64,000 nucleotides of DNA from an uncultured Owenweeksia sp. (GTDB lineage Bacteria; Bacteroidota; Bacteroidia; Flavobacteriales; Schleiferiaceae): NCBI GenBank assembly GCA_964619125.1, contig CAZUCA010000009.1:804-64803 (forward strand). The letters are read 5' to 3'. A model generated the notes under the pieces. The model was not told where the DNA came from and did no database searches. It was given only the letters and a program-made list of their open reading frames with translations. This document shows positions 28,102 through 38,961 of the stretch, in pieces; position 1 is the first letter of the stretch, and every line of letters begins with the position of its first letter. A program made the translations under genes and the position numbers.

Positions 28102-31100
28102 TTGAAGGCGATTGGCGCTCAAATTTTTTTAGCTGTACTGCTGCTGGCCGGTTGGGGCCTCAGCGCCCAGCCCTGTAAGCCCCAGGTAAACTGGAGCGAT
28201 ACCATTGCCTTCTGCCAGGGTAATGCCCTTACTCTTTCGGCCTATAATCCCAATTGCAACTATCTCTGGAATACGGGCGCCTCCACCGCCAGCATCACCA
28301 TTACCACCTCCGGTACTTATTGGGTGTCGGTAACCAATAACTGTGGCAATACCCGTGATACCGTGTATGTGCACGTACAGCAGCCCCTCTTTCCCAACCT
28401 GGGGAATGACCGGGTGCTTTGCAGTGGCAGCAACCCTATTCTTAGCGTAGCCAGCCTGATTGAAACCAGCTACCTGTGGCAGGACGGGAGTACAAACAAT
28501 ACCTGCCCGGTGACTGCTTCAGGGCAATACCACGTTGCGGTTACTAATTCATGTGGCACTTTCAGGGATACAGTAAATATCAGCTACCTTCCCACACCGG
28601 CAGTTGATTTAGGCCCTGATGTTAATTACTGTAGTCCCTTCGCTAAAACACTAAGTGTAAACCCGGCCCTGGCGGGTAATGTAAGCTGGAGCAACGGTTC
28701 TAATGCCACTGCCATTACGGTAAGCAGCCCCGGCATCTATTGGGTTCAGGCCAGCAACAACTGCGGCAGCGATCGCGATACCGTGCAAATAAGCTACCAG
28801 CAAGGAAATCTTCTTGACATCGGTGATACAGCCTATAAGTGCATAAACGGTTTTGCCACCCTCCATAGTAATATTAGTGGGGGTAGTTATCAATGGAGCA
28901 CGGGTGCCAGTACCGCCAGTATTTCGGTAGGCCAAACCGGCACCTACTGGTTAAAATATACGGACTCATGCGGCGTCTATTACGATTCGGTAGAGGTGGT
29001 GGTGGCGCCTGCCGCTGTGGCCGACCTGGGCCCTGACCGCCAGATTTGTAACAACCGGGGCCTGATCTTACAGGCCGGCAATCCGGGCAGTTCCTACCAG
29101 TGGAGCAATGGCAGTAGCGGGCCATTTATCACCGTTAGCGACAGTGGCTTTGTGTGGCTGGGAGTAAATAATGGCTGTGGCTGGGACTATGATACTATTG
29201 AGATTAGTCTCAAGCCTTTTCCCGATCCCGATATTGACGACACGGTATACTACTGCCTGGGCCAGAGTGTGCAGGTGGATGCAGGTGACTGGGGCCCGCA
29301 GAGCAGCTACCTTTGGAGCAATGGTTCCACTTCGCGGCGCCGCAATTTCAGTAGCGATGGCAGTCATTGGGTGCGGGTGGCCAATGACTGTGACACAGTG
29401 GTCAAAAACTTTTATACCAAAGGAGTTGCCAATAACTACTCGCTGGATCTGGGTAATGACACGGTGGTTTGCGCTACCGAGTTGCAGTTAAAGGCCGGCC
29501 TTCCTGCCAATGTATTTGACTTCTTGTGGAGCAACGGTTCCGACAAAAACAACATTAAGGTCACCGCCTCGGGCAGCTATTGGCTGGAGGCCAGCGGGCC
29601 ATGCGGCACCCTTTACGACACTATTGAGATAATTATTCAAAGAGCGCCGGGCATTATTCCCAACCCTAATCTCAGTTTATGCCAGGGAGACAGCCTTATC
29701 ATTTCCGCTCCCTATGTTGACTTCACCCATTACCTCTGGAGTACCGGTGATACCACCCACGAAATCACGGTTAAACAAAGTGGGTTTTACTACCTCATGA
29801 GCTATAATACCTGCGACACCCTGTTTGATACGGTGCAGGTTACAATGGCCAACGCCATTAATGTGGACCTGGGCCCTGACACCAGTTTTTGTGAACCTTA
29901 TATCTATTACCTCGACATGAGCAATAAGGGGGCCGACTCCACCCGCTGGAGCACCGGTTCACGCAATGGCGGTCTGCCGGTATCGAAAAGTGGCACCTAT
30001 TGGGTTACTCTTTACAATGCTTGTGGTGCCTTTAGCGATACGGTTAACATCACCGTAAACCCCTTGCCCAAGCCCAAACTAAAAAGTAAGGTGATTTGCG
30101 CTGGCAGTAGTGTAACCCTTGATGCGGGCCAACCCAATGTGCAGTCGTACCAGTGGAACACCGGCGCCACCGGTGCCAGCATTGTGGCGAGCCAGGATGG
30201 TTGGTACGTAGTGTCGATGTCCAATGGCTGTGGCACCGTAAAAGACTCCTGCTATCTAAGGGTTGATCAACCTTTGCAGCCCATTAATTTGGGTAACGAC
30301 ACTATCTTTTGCCAGGGCACATTGTTGCTCGATCCGGGTTATGTGGCCCATGCCAATTACCGCTGGCAGAATGGTTCCACCAGCCAAAAGTTATTGGTGA
30401 CCAAAAGCGGAGGCTATAAGGTAACTGTAAGCAACGTCTGCAATACCGTGAGTGATAGCATTTATATCCTCATCACCGGGCCGCCTAAGCTGGTACTGGG
30501 TACTACCATTAAATTTTGTGGTGGCAGCACCCTTTATCTTAATGCCCAAAATCCCGGCAGCAGTTATTTGTGGAATACCGGTGATACCACTCAGAGCATC
30601 CCCATCAGCACCTCGGGCCGCTATTGGGTAACCATGGAAAATCCCTGCGGGCGACTTACCGACACGGTAGATGTGGAGGTTGACTTTCCCTTGCTCAATC
30701 TTGACCTGGGCCCTGACACCCTGATATGCCAGGGAATATTTCTCACCCTTGAAACCCAGTATAGCGGCGTGGATTATTTGTGGAATACCGGGGCTAAAAC
30801 TGAGAAAATCACGGTAGATACCACCGGCTTATATTGGGTGAGGGTGAAAAACACCTGTGGCGAATGGTACGATTCCATCTTTGTTAAGGTTCAGGGCATG
30901 CCGGTGTTTGACCTGGGAGGGACCGGCTATCTCTGTAATATCGATGGCAAACTCACCATTGAAGGTCCGCCGGGCATGAAAAGTTACCACTGGAGTACCG
31001 GGCAGCAGGGTCGAAAAATCACGGTGGAGGATCCGGGCGACTTCTGGCTGGTGGTGTCCAATGAGTGTTTTCAATTTGCCGACACCCTTACGGTAATAGG

Positions 31101-31809
31101 TGAAGACCCCATTGCCCTTGATCTGGGTGCCGACACCGTGGTGTGTAATGGTAAACCATTGCTGCTCAATCCTGGTAATTACTCTTACCCCATGCGCTGG
31201 CAGGATGGTAAAATTGCCCCGCAAAGGGAGGTGAGCCAAAGTGGTCTATACTGGGTGGCGGCGAGCAACTCCTGTGGCAGCGACTTCGATACCATTGAGG
31301 TGGTCTTTACTGACCCCATTCCTGAGGGAATTTTCGACACCCTGGCCTGCAAGGGCGAGGAGACCTATTTTGATTTCCACGGACCGGGCGTTTCGGTGCT
31401 TTGGTTTGATGGTAATACGGCGCCGGCACGGAGCTTTAAGGAGGAGGGAATTTACAGCCTCAGCATAAGCAATCCCTGTGGTGTTTTTAACCGTCAGATA
31501 TTTTTGACGCAGGGCAATTGTGAGTGCCCGGTGCATATCCCCAATGCTTTTACTCCTGATGGTGATGGCCTCAATGATAAGTTCCGCATCGGTTACGATT
31601 GCCGCTTCGCAAGCTATAGCATCCAGATTTTTGATCGCTGGGGCAAGCTGCTTTATGAAGGGAGCGATTACGACGATGGCTGGGACGGCATGATAGGAAA
31701 AAGGCCGGCGGCGGTGGGGGTGTATAATTACCGCGTGCAATATCAGTGGTTGGTAAAGGGGGTGCCTCGTGAAAATGAGCAAAGGGGAACGGTCACCCTG
31801 GTCCGTTAG
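28102..31809 (+). CDS. T9SS type B CTD (CHU_C, gliding motility-associated C-terminal domain) surface protein with tandem Cys-containing Ig-like repeats
   Basis: About 16 repeats of LGPD..C...Y.WS.G....I.V...G.YWV...N.CG; C-terminal IPNAFTPDGDGLNDKF...IFDRWG...WDG...GTVTLVR. TTG start. Confidence 0.9.
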   Translation: MKAIGAQIFLAVLLLAGWGLSAQPCKPQVNWSDTIAFCQGNALTLSAYNPNCNYLWNTGASTASITITTSGTYWVSVTNNCGNTRDTVYVHVQQPLFPNLGNDRVLCSGSNPILSVASLIETSYLWQDGSTNNTCPVTASGQYHVAVTNSCGTFRDTVNISYLPTPAVDLGPDVNYCSPFAKTLSVNPALAGNVSWSNGSNATAITVSSPGIYWVQASNNCGSDRDTVQISYQQGNLLDIGDTAYKCINGFATLHSNISGGSYQWSTGASTASISVGQTGTYWLKYTDSCGVYYDSVEVVVAPAAVADLGPDRQICNNRGLILQAGNPGSSYQWSNGSSGPFITVSDSGFVWLGVNNGCGWDYDTIEISLKPFPDPDIDDTVYYCLGQSVQVDAGDWGPQSSYLWSNGSTSRRRNFSSDGSHWVRVANDCDTVVKNFYTKGVANNYSLDLGNDTVVCATELQLKAGLPANVFDFLWSNGSDKNNIKVTASGSYWLEASGPCGTLYDTIEIIIQRAPGIIPNPNLSLCQGDSLIISAPYVDFTHYLWSTGDTTHEITVKQSGFYYLMSYNTCDTLFDTVQVTMANAINVDLGPDTSFCEPYIYYLDMSNKGADSTRWSTGSRNGGLPVSKSGTYWVTLYNACGAFSDTVNITVNPLPKPKLKSKVICAGSSVTLDAGQPNVQSYQWNTGATGASIVASQDGWYVVSMSNGCGTVKDSCYLRVDQPLQPINLGNDTIFCQGTLLLDPGYVAHANYRWQNGSTSQKLLVTKSGGYKVTVSNVCNTVSDSIYILITGPPKLVLGTTIKFCGGSTLYLNAQNPGSSYLWNTGDTTQSIPISTSGRYWVTMENPCGRLTDTVDVEVDFPLLNLDLGPDTLICQGIFLTLETQYSGVDYLWNTGAKTEKITVDTTGLYWVRVKNTCGEWYDSIFVKVQGMPVFDLGGTGYLCNIDGKLTIEGPPGMKSYHWSTGQQGRKITVEDPGDFWLVVSNECFQFADTLTVIGEDPIALDLGADTVVCNGKPLLLNPGNYSYPMRWQDGKIAPQREVSQSGLYWVAASNSCGSDFDTIEVVFTDPIPEGIFDTLACKGEETYFDFHGPGVSVLWFDGNTAPARSFKEEGIYSLSISNPCGVFNRQIFLTQGNCECPVHIPNAFTPDGDGLNDKFRIGYDCRFASYSIQIFDRWGKLLYEGSDYDDGWDGMIGKRPAAVGVYNYRVQYQWLVKGVPRENEQRGTVTLVR

Positions 31810-31856
31810 TAGCAGGCCTGCTTTAAAAGTGTCGCTGTAGGCGCTGGCAGGTTTTG

Positions 31857-31864
31857 TAATTTTG
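31857..31864 (+). promoter_or_regulatory. -7 promoter element for thiL
   Basis: TAATTTTG directly upstream of the ATG, implying a very short or absent leader. Confidence 0.5.
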
Positions 31865-31868
31865 CCAC

Positions 31869-32927
31869 ATGGCAGATCAAAAGCAGGAACAATTTACTTC
31901 CATCGATAAACTGGGTGAGTTTGGACTTATCCGGCATCTTACTGAAAACTTTCCCCTTCGCAATGCTTCATCCATAAAAGGTATTGGTGATGATTGTGCG
32001 GTGCTGGAGTACCTCGACAAGCACAGCGTGGTGACCTCTGATATGCTGGTGGAAGGGGTGCATTTTGACCTAACCTATATGCCGCCTCGTCACCTGGGTT
32101 ATAAGGCCGCTATCGTAAACCTGTCTGACGTGTACGCCATGAATGCAGTACCCAAACAGATCCTGGTCAATATCGCCGTCTCAAACCGCTTTGGACTTGA
32201 ATTTCTCGATGAGCTTTATGCCGGCATACGTACCGCTTGTGATATGTATGATGTGGACCTGGTGGGTGGTGATACCACTTCCTCCTACTCGGGCCTGATG
32301 ATCAGTATTACCGCCATTGGAGAAGCGGAAGAAAAGGAGATCGTTTACCGGAACGGAGCCAAGGCCACAGACCTTATTGTGGTATCGGGTGACCTTGGTG
32401 GTGCCTATATGGGCTTGCAATTGCTGGAGCGTGAAAAGGAGGTTTTTAAAGCCAACCCTGATATGCAGCCCCAGTTGCAGGGCAACGAGTATGTATTGGG
32501 TCGCCAGCTGAAGCCGGAAGCACGGCGCGATATTGTTGAATTACTGGCGGAGCTGGAAGTAAAGCCTACCGCTATGATCGACATTTCCGATGGCTTGAGT
32601 TCGGAAATTATCCATCTCTGCAAAGGCAGCAAAACCGGTGCCCGCTTGCTGGAAGAAAAAATTCCCATCGATCCGACCGTATATAAGCTTTGTGAGGAGT
32701 TCAACCTCACTACCACCACTGTGGCACTTAATGGAGGAGAGGATTATGAATTGCTCTTTACCATGGATGTGAAAGACCACGAAAAGATTAAGGCCAATCC
32801 TAACCTCAGTGTAATTGGCTATATGACCGAAGAACAGGAGGGCATGAACCTGCTTACCCGCGATGATAAGCTGATGCCCCTGACTGCCCAGGGCTGGGAT
32901 GCGCTGCTGGCCAAAGAGCAGGGTTAG
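31869..32927 (+). CDS. thiL: Thiamine-monophosphate kinase
   Basis: GEFGLI, GIGDDCA, NLSDVYAM, GGDT, IDISDGL, GGEDYELL. Confidence 0.95.
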   Translation: MADQKQEQFTSIDKLGEFGLIRHLTENFPLRNASSIKGIGDDCAVLEYLDKHSVVTSDMLVEGVHFDLTYMPPRHLGYKAAIVNLSDVYAMNAVPKQILVNIAVSNRFGLEFLDELYAGIRTACDMYDVDLVGGDTTSSYSGLMISITAIGEAEEKEIVYRNGAKATDLIVVSGDLGGAYMGLQLLEREKEVFKANPDMQPQLQGNEYVLGRQLKPEARRDIVELLAELEVKPTAMIDISDGLSSEIIHLCKGSKTGARLLEEKIPIDPTVYKLCEEFNLTTTTVALNGGEDYELLFTMDVKDHEKIKANPNLSVIGYMTEEQEGMNLLTRDDKLMPLTAQGWDALLAKEQG

Positions 32928-33023
32928 TTTTGGTAGCTGGGATTGCTAAGTGTTAAAGTTTCAGTCGCTTGTAATATTGAAGATCACTCTTGAGTTATTT
33001 GGTTTCTAACCAATTGCTAAAAG

Positions 33024-33920
33024 ATGATAACACGCATTTTTCTGCTGGCCCTGTTTTCCGGGTGTTTGACCTCTCTATGGGGTCAGGGCGAAAAGGGGAC
33101 ATTGACCCCCCTTAAGATTCAGGATTTTTACTTCCTGCCTTCGCTGCAATTTGCGAGCACCGGCCCCGCAGATTTAATGGCCTTTGATAAACTGGCCCCA
33201 GGCTCGGCAATCCTGTCGAGGAACTATTCGGATTATGTCAGCAGCGACTATAACCTCTATGCTAATTCCAATTTCCAGATTTCGATGGGGCTCGCTCTGC
33301 GCAATAGTGATAAGTCAGAGTATCGACAGAATATGCAGCTACAGATAGGAATGTCGCATACCTCGGCGCTGAACCTGAGCCAGGTCCGCTGGCGCGAAAT
33401 ACGCAAGCCCTATGACACCCTGCTTTCCCAGCAAACCGCAAATCGGCTCTACGTTGATTCGATTACTTCCCATTATGTCGATGCACAAAATGGCTCCGAT
33501 AAGCTGAGTTTACAGGCGGCCCTTGTTTTTCGCAGTAATCCTGCGCTACGCTGGAGTATTTTCGGAGGCCTGGGGGTAAGTGGCGGTTTGTCTTACAACA
33601 GCTTCACCCACATTCATTACACCATGATTAATCGCACTGCCCTGGTGGATGAGACAGGTAGTGAGTATTTCGGCTATTACCCCGATGACCCGGACTTCTA
33701 TCAGGAAGAAGAAATTTTTAGAAACAAGAGTAGCTTCAGCGGATCGGTTTACCTGCCTTTCGGAGTTGATTTTCGCATGGGGGAGAAAAGCGACTTACTG
33801 AAGCGGATGCATATTTATTCGGAGTTACGGCCGGGGATGGATTTTAGCAGGATTCCTGAGTATGGCTACAACACCCGAAGTTTCTTTCAATTCGGATTGG
33901 GGCTGTGCGTTTCAGCTTAA
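33024..33920 (+). CDS. Hypothetical secreted or outer-membrane beta-barrel protein
   Basis: Signal peptide; amphipathic strands; C-terminal FQFGLGL. Confidence 0.6.
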   Translation: MITRIFLLALFSGCLTSLWGQGEKGTLTPLKIQDFYFLPSLQFASTGPADLMAFDKLAPGSAILSRNYSDYVSSDYNLYANSNFQISMGLALRNSDKSEYRQNMQLQIGMSHTSALNLSQVRWREIRKPYDTLLSQQTANRLYVDSITSHYVDAQNGSDKLSLQAALVFRSNPALRWSIFGGLGVSGGLSYNSFTHIHYTMINRTALVDETGSEYFGYYPDDPDFYQEEEIFRNKSSFSGSVYLPFGVDFRMGEKSDLLKRMHIYSELRPGMDFSRIPEYGYNTRSFFQFGLGLCVSA

Positions 33921-34705
33921 ACTCCTGCTTCGCGAATAAACTTGCGAATTGCCGGCATAATAGTTTCAAAATCTTCCAGGTGGGCCATGTGACCGTTTTC
34001 GGTTACCAGGCCTTCTACCTGGCCCGCTTTAAATTGTTCCTCTAAGGTAGCAAAGCTGAAAACGGGATCATGCTGTGCGGCGATCAACAATACCTTATAA
34101 GGGGCGAAGTGCAGTAGTACTTCGCGATCGGGACGGATCTTCATACCCTCCAGGGCGGCAATAACCCCCTGTTTACTGGTCTTTAAAGCTTCCTGTTTTA
34201 CTTCATTTACCTGCTCGCGCATCAGGCGCCGGTTTTTAGGCCGGAAAAGGTGGGGAATGGCGTTGCGGATAAAGCTCTTGTGATTTTCCTTAACCAGGGC
34301 AATGGCGCGATCGCGGTCATTTTTCTTTTGCGGGGAATCAGCGCGGCTGCTGCTGTTCATCATGATAAGCCCCCTTACCATTTCGGGATGCTGTTCGGCG
34401 AAGGCCAGCGCTACATAGCCCCCCATGGAGTGACCCATCAGGAAGGCTTTTTTCAGCTTTAAATGATCAAAGAGGGCCTTTACAACCTCCGCCATTTCTT
34501 CCATAGTATGGATGTAGCCAAGGTTGCCACTATGGCCATGTCCTGGCAGGTCCAGGCAGATTTTGCGAAATGACTTAGGGATAGCGGTGGCAATACCATC
34601 CCACATCTGCTGGTTTTCGAGGAAGCCGTGCAGAAAAATAATGGCAGGCCCCTGGCCGTTATCGCTAAAGGCAAAATCTACCTCCTTATGTCGAAAGAAT
34701 TGCAT
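33917..34705 (-). CDS. Alpha/beta hydrolase
   Basis: FLHGF, DLPGHG, nucleophile GHSMGG, GHMAHLE. Confidence 0.9.
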   Translation of the reverse strand: MQFFRHKEVDFAFSDNGQGPAIIFLHGFLENQQMWDGIATAIPKSFRKICLDLPGHGHSGNLGYIHTMEEMAEVVKALFDHLKLKKAFLMGHSMGGYVALAFAEQHPEMVRGLIMMNSSSRADSPQKKNDRDRAIALVKENHKSFIRNAIPHLFRPKNRRLMREQVNEVKQEALKTSKQGVIAALEGMKIRPDREVLLHFAPYKVLLIAAQHDPVFSFATLEEQFKAGQVEGLVTENGHMAHLEDFETIMPAIRKFIREAGV

Positions 34706-34709
34706 GTTG

Positions 34710-34740
34710 AAAAGAGGGGAGCGCTTCAGCGCGCTCCCCT
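34710..34740 (-). terminator. Intrinsic terminator after the Xaa-Pro aminopeptidase gene
   Basis: AGGGGAGCGC/GCGCTCCCCT stem followed by CTTTT on the minus strand. Confidence 0.65.
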
Positions 34741-34752
34741 GCCTTAAAAAAT

Positions 34753-36042
34753 TTAGGCGTTCATCGCTTCTTCAATTTCCTCCACTTCCTTGGGAATGCG
34801 GGCGGTCATATTGATATTGTCTTTTTCGCCAATCACAATATCATCCTCAATGCGAATGCCGATGCCTTCCTCAGGAAGGTAAATGCCGGGCTCGCAGGTA
34901 AAGGCATTGCCCACTTCCATCTTTTCGGTCCACAAACCGGCATCGTGCACGTCGAGGCCAATATAGTGAGAGGTGCCGTGCATAAAGTACTTTTTGTAAG
35001 CAGGCCAATCGGGATCCTGGTTCTTCACATCGGTTTTGTCCAACAGCCCTAGCTGCAGCAGCTCATCAGTCATGAGGTTACCCACTTCCTTATGATACTC
35101 GTGCAGCTGGTTGCCGGGGCGCAGCATATCAAGCGAGGCTTTTTGTACCCGCAACACCGCGTTGTACACTTGCTTCTGGCGATCAGTAAAACGGCCGTTT
35201 ACCGGGAAGCAGCGGGTAACATCGGAGGCATAATTGGCATAAAAACAACCGCAGTCAAACAGTACCAGCTCGCCGTCCTTACACTCATCCTTATTTTCGA
35301 GGTAGTGCAATACGGTAGCGTTTACCCCGGAGGCGATAATGGGTTCGTACGAAAAGCCGGAGGCGCCGCTGCGCACGTATTCGTGTACAAATTCGGCTTC
35401 AAGCTCATATTCCATAATGCCCGGCTTCAAAACCTTTAAGATGCGGTTGAAGGCATTGGTGTTGATGGCGCTGGATTTTTGCAGCAGGTCGATCTCGACC
35501 TCAGATTTTACTGCCCGCAATTTGTGCATAATAGGCTGGGCGCGCTCGTATTCGTGCAGGGGGTATTTGGCCATGCACTCTTTGCGGAAGCGGTCATCGC
35601 GCGTTTCCACCTGGTGGCCCTTGCGCAGGTGCTCATTGGTGTTGAGGTACACGTGTTGGGCCTGGCTCATCACATCGGCAAAAACCTTGTCGAAATCTTT
35701 CAGCCAGTAGATGTTTTCCACGCCGGTAACGTCGGTGGCCTCCTCCTTACTGAGCTTGGCGCCTTCCCAGCGGGCAATTTCATCATTGGTTTCGGTAAGG
35801 AAGAGCATTTCACGATGCTTCTCCATATAGGCGTCAGGAAAAATAACCAGGATAGCTTCCTCCTGGTCTACCCCGCTGAGGTAGAAGAGGTCCTTGTTTT
35901 GCACAAATTTCATGGTGCCATCTGCGTTGGTAGGCATAATATCATTGGCGTTGAATACCGCCAGTGACCTTGGCTTCATCTCGCGGGCAAAGTTTTGACG
36001 ATTGCGGATAAAAAGCTTGCGGTCTATTTTTTCGTATCTCAT
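34753..36042 (-). CDS. pepP: Xaa-Pro aminopeptidase (M24B)
   Basis: LFDCGC, YASDVTR, HGTSHYIGLDVHD, TCEPGIY, GIRIEDD. Confidence 0.93.
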   Translation of the reverse strand: MRYEKIDRKLFIRNRQNFAREMKPRSLAVFNANDIMPTNADGTMKFVQNKDLFYLSGVDQEEAILVIFPDAYMEKHREMLFLTETNDEIARWEGAKLSKEEATDVTGVENIYWLKDFDKVFADVMSQAQHVYLNTNEHLRKGHQVETRDDRFRKECMAKYPLHEYERAQPIMHKLRAVKSEVEIDLLQKSSAINTNAFNRILKVLKPGIMEYELEAEFVHEYVRSGASGFSYEPIIASGVNATVLHYLENKDECKDGELVLFDCGCFYANYASDVTRCFPVNGRFTDRQKQVYNAVLRVQKASLDMLRPGNQLHEYHKEVGNLMTDELLQLGLLDKTDVKNQDPDWPAYKKYFMHGTSHYIGLDVHDAGLWTEKMEVGNAFTCEPGIYLPEEGIGIRIEDDIVIGEKDNINMTARIPKEVEEIEEAMNA

Positions 36043-36064
36043 CGGTCTCTGTATTATTGTCAGG

Positions 36065-36072
36065 CAAAATTA
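36065..36072 (-). promoter_or_regulatory. -7 promoter element for pepP
   Basis: TAATTTTG on the minus strand. Confidence 0.5.
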
Positions 36073-36109
36073 GAAAGTTAATGGGCCCCGCCAAGGATTA
36101 GGGTAGCCT

Positions 36110-36170
36110 TTCTATAATCGTTCTAAATAAAGCGAAAGCTTAAAGAATAAGGCTTCAGCCCTTACTTTTG
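36110..36170 (+). promoter_or_regulatory. sdhCAB promoter: Fur-like box plus -7 element
   Basis: TTCTATAAT-C-GTTCTAAAT at 36110-36128 and TACTTTTG at 36163-36170. Confidence 0.45.
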
Positions 36171-36197
36171 CAAAATTCAAAACTGAAAAAAGACGAT

Positions 36198-36893
36198 ATG
36201 GCAGATCAGTCAGGGATCTTAGGATCATCTATCGCCAAGAAATACTGGATGGCGCTTACCGGGTTCTTCCTCATCACCTTCCTGTTGGTGCATGTGGCCG
36301 GTAACCTACAGCTTCTCGACCTCTCGCAGGAGGGGCGTGATGCTTTCAACGAGTACACCGTGTTTATGACCACCTTCCCGGTGATTAAAGTGGTGTCTTA
36401 CGTGCTTTATTTTTCCATTCTCTTTCATGCCATTGAGGGGCTGTGGCTTACCGCCCAGAATCGCAAGGCTCGCCCCAAGCGCTACAAAAGCTATCGTGCC
36501 GGTGAAACCAGCATGTGGTCTTCACGCAATATGGGCTTGCTCGGTACCGTAATCCTGGCTTTTATTATTCTCCACATGGGCCAGTTCTGGTACCAGTACA
36601 AATGGGGTGATATCGCCATGACCACTATCGACGGTGAGCAGGTAAAGGATATGTCTACTGTAGTGATTGCCACCTTTACCGATGGGGAGGTGGGACTGCT
36701 GTTCACCATTCTCTATGTAATTGCGCAAATCGCCATTGCCTTCCACCTCTGGCATGGCTTTGAGAGTGTTTTCCAGTCACTGGGTATCAGCTCTAAAAAG
36801 GTAAAGGCCTGGCAGGTAATCGGTCGCGCTTTTTCGGTGATTGTACCCCTGCTATTCGCCATTATCCCGGTTTACATTTATCTAAATGCTTAA
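36198..36893 (+). CDS. sdhC: Succinate dehydrogenase/fumarate reductase cytochrome b subunit
   Basis: SSIAKKYWMALTG, heme-ligand His residues in FLLVH, ILFHA, FIILH, FHLWHGFES. Start moved to ATG 36198. Confidence 0.92.
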   Translation: MADQSGILGSSIAKKYWMALTGFFLITFLLVHVAGNLQLLDLSQEGRDAFNEYTVFMTTFPVIKVVSYVLYFSILFHAIEGLWLTAQNRKARPKRYKSYRAGETSMWSSRNMGLLGTVILAFIILHMGQFWYQYKWGDIAMTTIDGEQVKDMSTVVIATFTDGEVGLLFTILYVIAQIAIAFHLWHGFESVFQSLGISSKKVKAWQVIGRAFSVIVPLLFAIIPVYIYLNA

Positions 36894-36899
36894 GAAGTT

Positions 36900-38909
36900 A
36901 TGAGTAACAAATTTGACGCGAAAGTTCCTGAAGGTTCACTGGAAAACAAATGGCGCACTCACAAGAGCAACATTAGACTGGTAAACCCGGCCAACAAAAG
37001 AAATATTGACGTAATCGTAATTGGTACCGGTTTGGCGGGAAGCTCCGCTGCTGCTTCACTGGCCGAAATGGGTTACAATGTAAAGGCATTTTGTTTCCAG
37101 GATTCCCCCCGCCGCGCGCACTCTATTGCCGCCCAGGGAGGTATCAATGCCGCTAAGAACTACCAGAACGACGGTGACTCGGTTTACCGTCTTTTCTACG
37201 ATACTATTAAAGGGGGCGACTACCGCTCACGCGAGTCGAACGTTTACCGCCTTGCGGAGGTTTCCGCCAATATCATCGACCAGGCCGTGGCTCAGGGGGT
37301 GCCTTTTGCCCGCGACTACGGCGGTCAGCTTGACAACCGCTCTTTTGGCGGGGTGCAGGTAAGCCGTACCTTCTACGCCAAGGGGCAAACCGGTCAGCAA
37401 CTGCTGCTGGGAGCCTATTCGGCACTAAGTCGCCAGATCTCCAAAGGCAAAGTGAAGATGTACAACCGTCACGAGATGATGGATATCGTAACCATCGATG
37501 GTAAGGCGCGCGGCATCATTGCCCGTAACCTGGTAACCGGTGAAATTGAAAGACACGGTGCCCACGCGGTACTGCTGTGCTCGGGTGGTTATGGCAACGT
37601 ATTCTACCTTTCCACCAACGCCATGGGCTCTAATGGCTCGGCGGCCTGGAAGGCTCATAAGCGCGGAGCGGCCTTTGCCAATCCTTGCTACACACAGATT
37701 CACCCAACCTGTATCCCTGTGTCAGGTGACTACCAAAGCAAGCTTACCCTTATGAGTGAGTCACTGCGAAACGACGGCCGCATCTGGGTACCCAAGACTA
37801 AGGAAGATGCGGAGAAAATCCGCAAAGGTGAACTGAAGCCTACCGACCTGAGTGAGGAGCAAAGAGACTACTACCTCGAAAGAAGATACCCCAGCTTTGG
37901 TAACCTGGTGCCGCGTGACGTGGCTTCAAGGGCTGCCAAGGAACGCTGCGATGCCGGCTTTGGTGTGAACTCCACCGGCCAGGCGGTATACCTCGACTTT
38001 GCCTCAGCTATTACCCGTTACGGTAAAACCGAAGCCACGGTACAGGGTATTGATAATCCCAGCGAGGAAAAGATTGAAGAACTCGGTAAAGGAGTGGTGG
38101 CCGCCAAGTACGGTAACCTCTTTGAGATGTACGAAAAAATTACCGACGACAATCCCTACGAAACCCCTATGATGATCTACCCGGCGGTGCACTACACCAT
38201 GGGCGGCATCTGGGTAGACTATAACCTGATGACCACTGTACCCGGACTTTATGCCCTGGGTGAGGCTAACTTCTCTGATCACGGTGCCAACCGCCTCGGT
38301 GCTTCGGCCCTGATGCAGGGACTGGCCGACGGTTACTTTGTGATACCTTACACTGTAGGTGATTATCTGGCCGACGAGATCCGTACCGGTCCTATCGATA
38401 CTGATCATGCCGAATTTGCCAAGGTGGAGGCTGAAGTGAAAGATACCCTCAACCGCCTGATGAATTCAGAAGGCAAAAAGCATTCGGTGGACCACTACCA
38501 CAAGAAGCTTGGTAAGATCATGTGGGAGAAGTGCGGTATGAGCCGTAACGCCGAAGGGCTGAAAGAAGCCATACAGGAGATCCGCGCCCTGCGCGAGGAG
38601 TTCTGGCAAAACGTGAAGATCCCCGGTGGTATGAACGAAATGAACCCTGAGCTGGATAAGGCCGGTCGGGTGGCCGACTTTATGGAGCTGGGTGAGCTGA
38701 TGTGTAAAGACGCACTGGAGCGCGGTGAGTCAGCTGGTGGCCACTTCCGGGAGGAGTACCAGACTGAGGAAGGTGAGGCCCTGCGTCGCGATGAGGAGTT
38801 TGCCTACGTGGCTGCCTGGGAATACCAGGGCGACCCCGGCGAAGCTACCCTGCACAAGGAGGAACTGAAGTTCGAAAACGTTGAATTAAAAACCAGAAGT
38901 TATAAGTAA
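36900..38909 (+). CDS. sdhA: Succinate dehydrogenase/fumarate reductase flavoprotein subunit
   Basis: [35 protein letters not shown]. Confidence 0.96.
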   Translation: MSNKFDAKVPEGSLENKWRTHKSNIRLVNPANKRNIDVIVIGTGLAGSSAAASLAEMGYNVKAFCFQDSPRRAHSIAAQGGINAAKNYQNDGDSVYRLFYDTIKGGDYRSRESNVYRLAEVSANIIDQAVAQGVPFARDYGGQLDNRSFGGVQVSRTFYAKGQTGQQLLLGAYSALSRQISKGKVKMYNRHEMMDIVTIDGKARGIIARNLVTGEIERHGAHAVLLCSGGYGNVFYLSTNAMGSNGSAAWKAHKRGAAFANPCYTQIHPTCIPVSGDYQSKLTLMSESLRNDGRIWVPKTKEDAEKIRKGELKPTDLSEEQRDYYLERRYPSFGNLVPRDVASRAAKERCDAGFGVNSTGQAVYLDFASAITRYGKTEATVQGIDNPSEEKIEELGKGVVAAKYGNLFEMYEKITDDNPYETPMMIYPAVHYTMGGIWVDYNLMTTVPGLYALGEANFSDHGANRLGASALMQGLADGYFVIPYTVGDYLADEIRTGPIDTDHAEFAKVEAEVKDTLNRLMNSEGKKHSVDHYHKKLGKIMWEKCGMSRNAEGLKEAIQEIRALREEFWQNVKIPGGMNEMNPELDKAGRVADFMELGELMCKDALERGESAGGHFREEYQTEEGEALRRDEEFAYVAAWEYQGDPGEATLHKEELKFENVELKTRSYK

Positions 38910-38961
38910 TTCAGGGCTGAGGCCCGGGATGAAACTGGTATTAAGATAAACAACCCCAAGT

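Noticed and set aside
28102-31809. DNA-level tandem repeat or DGR variable region in the CHU_C gene
   Set aside because: Repeats are conserved at protein level but diverged in DNA; no template/variable repeat pair and no reverse transcriptase in the window.
32940-32965. GCTAAG-TGTTAAA-GTTTCAG as another heptamer array
   Set aside because: Too degenerate to separate from AT-rich intergenic background.
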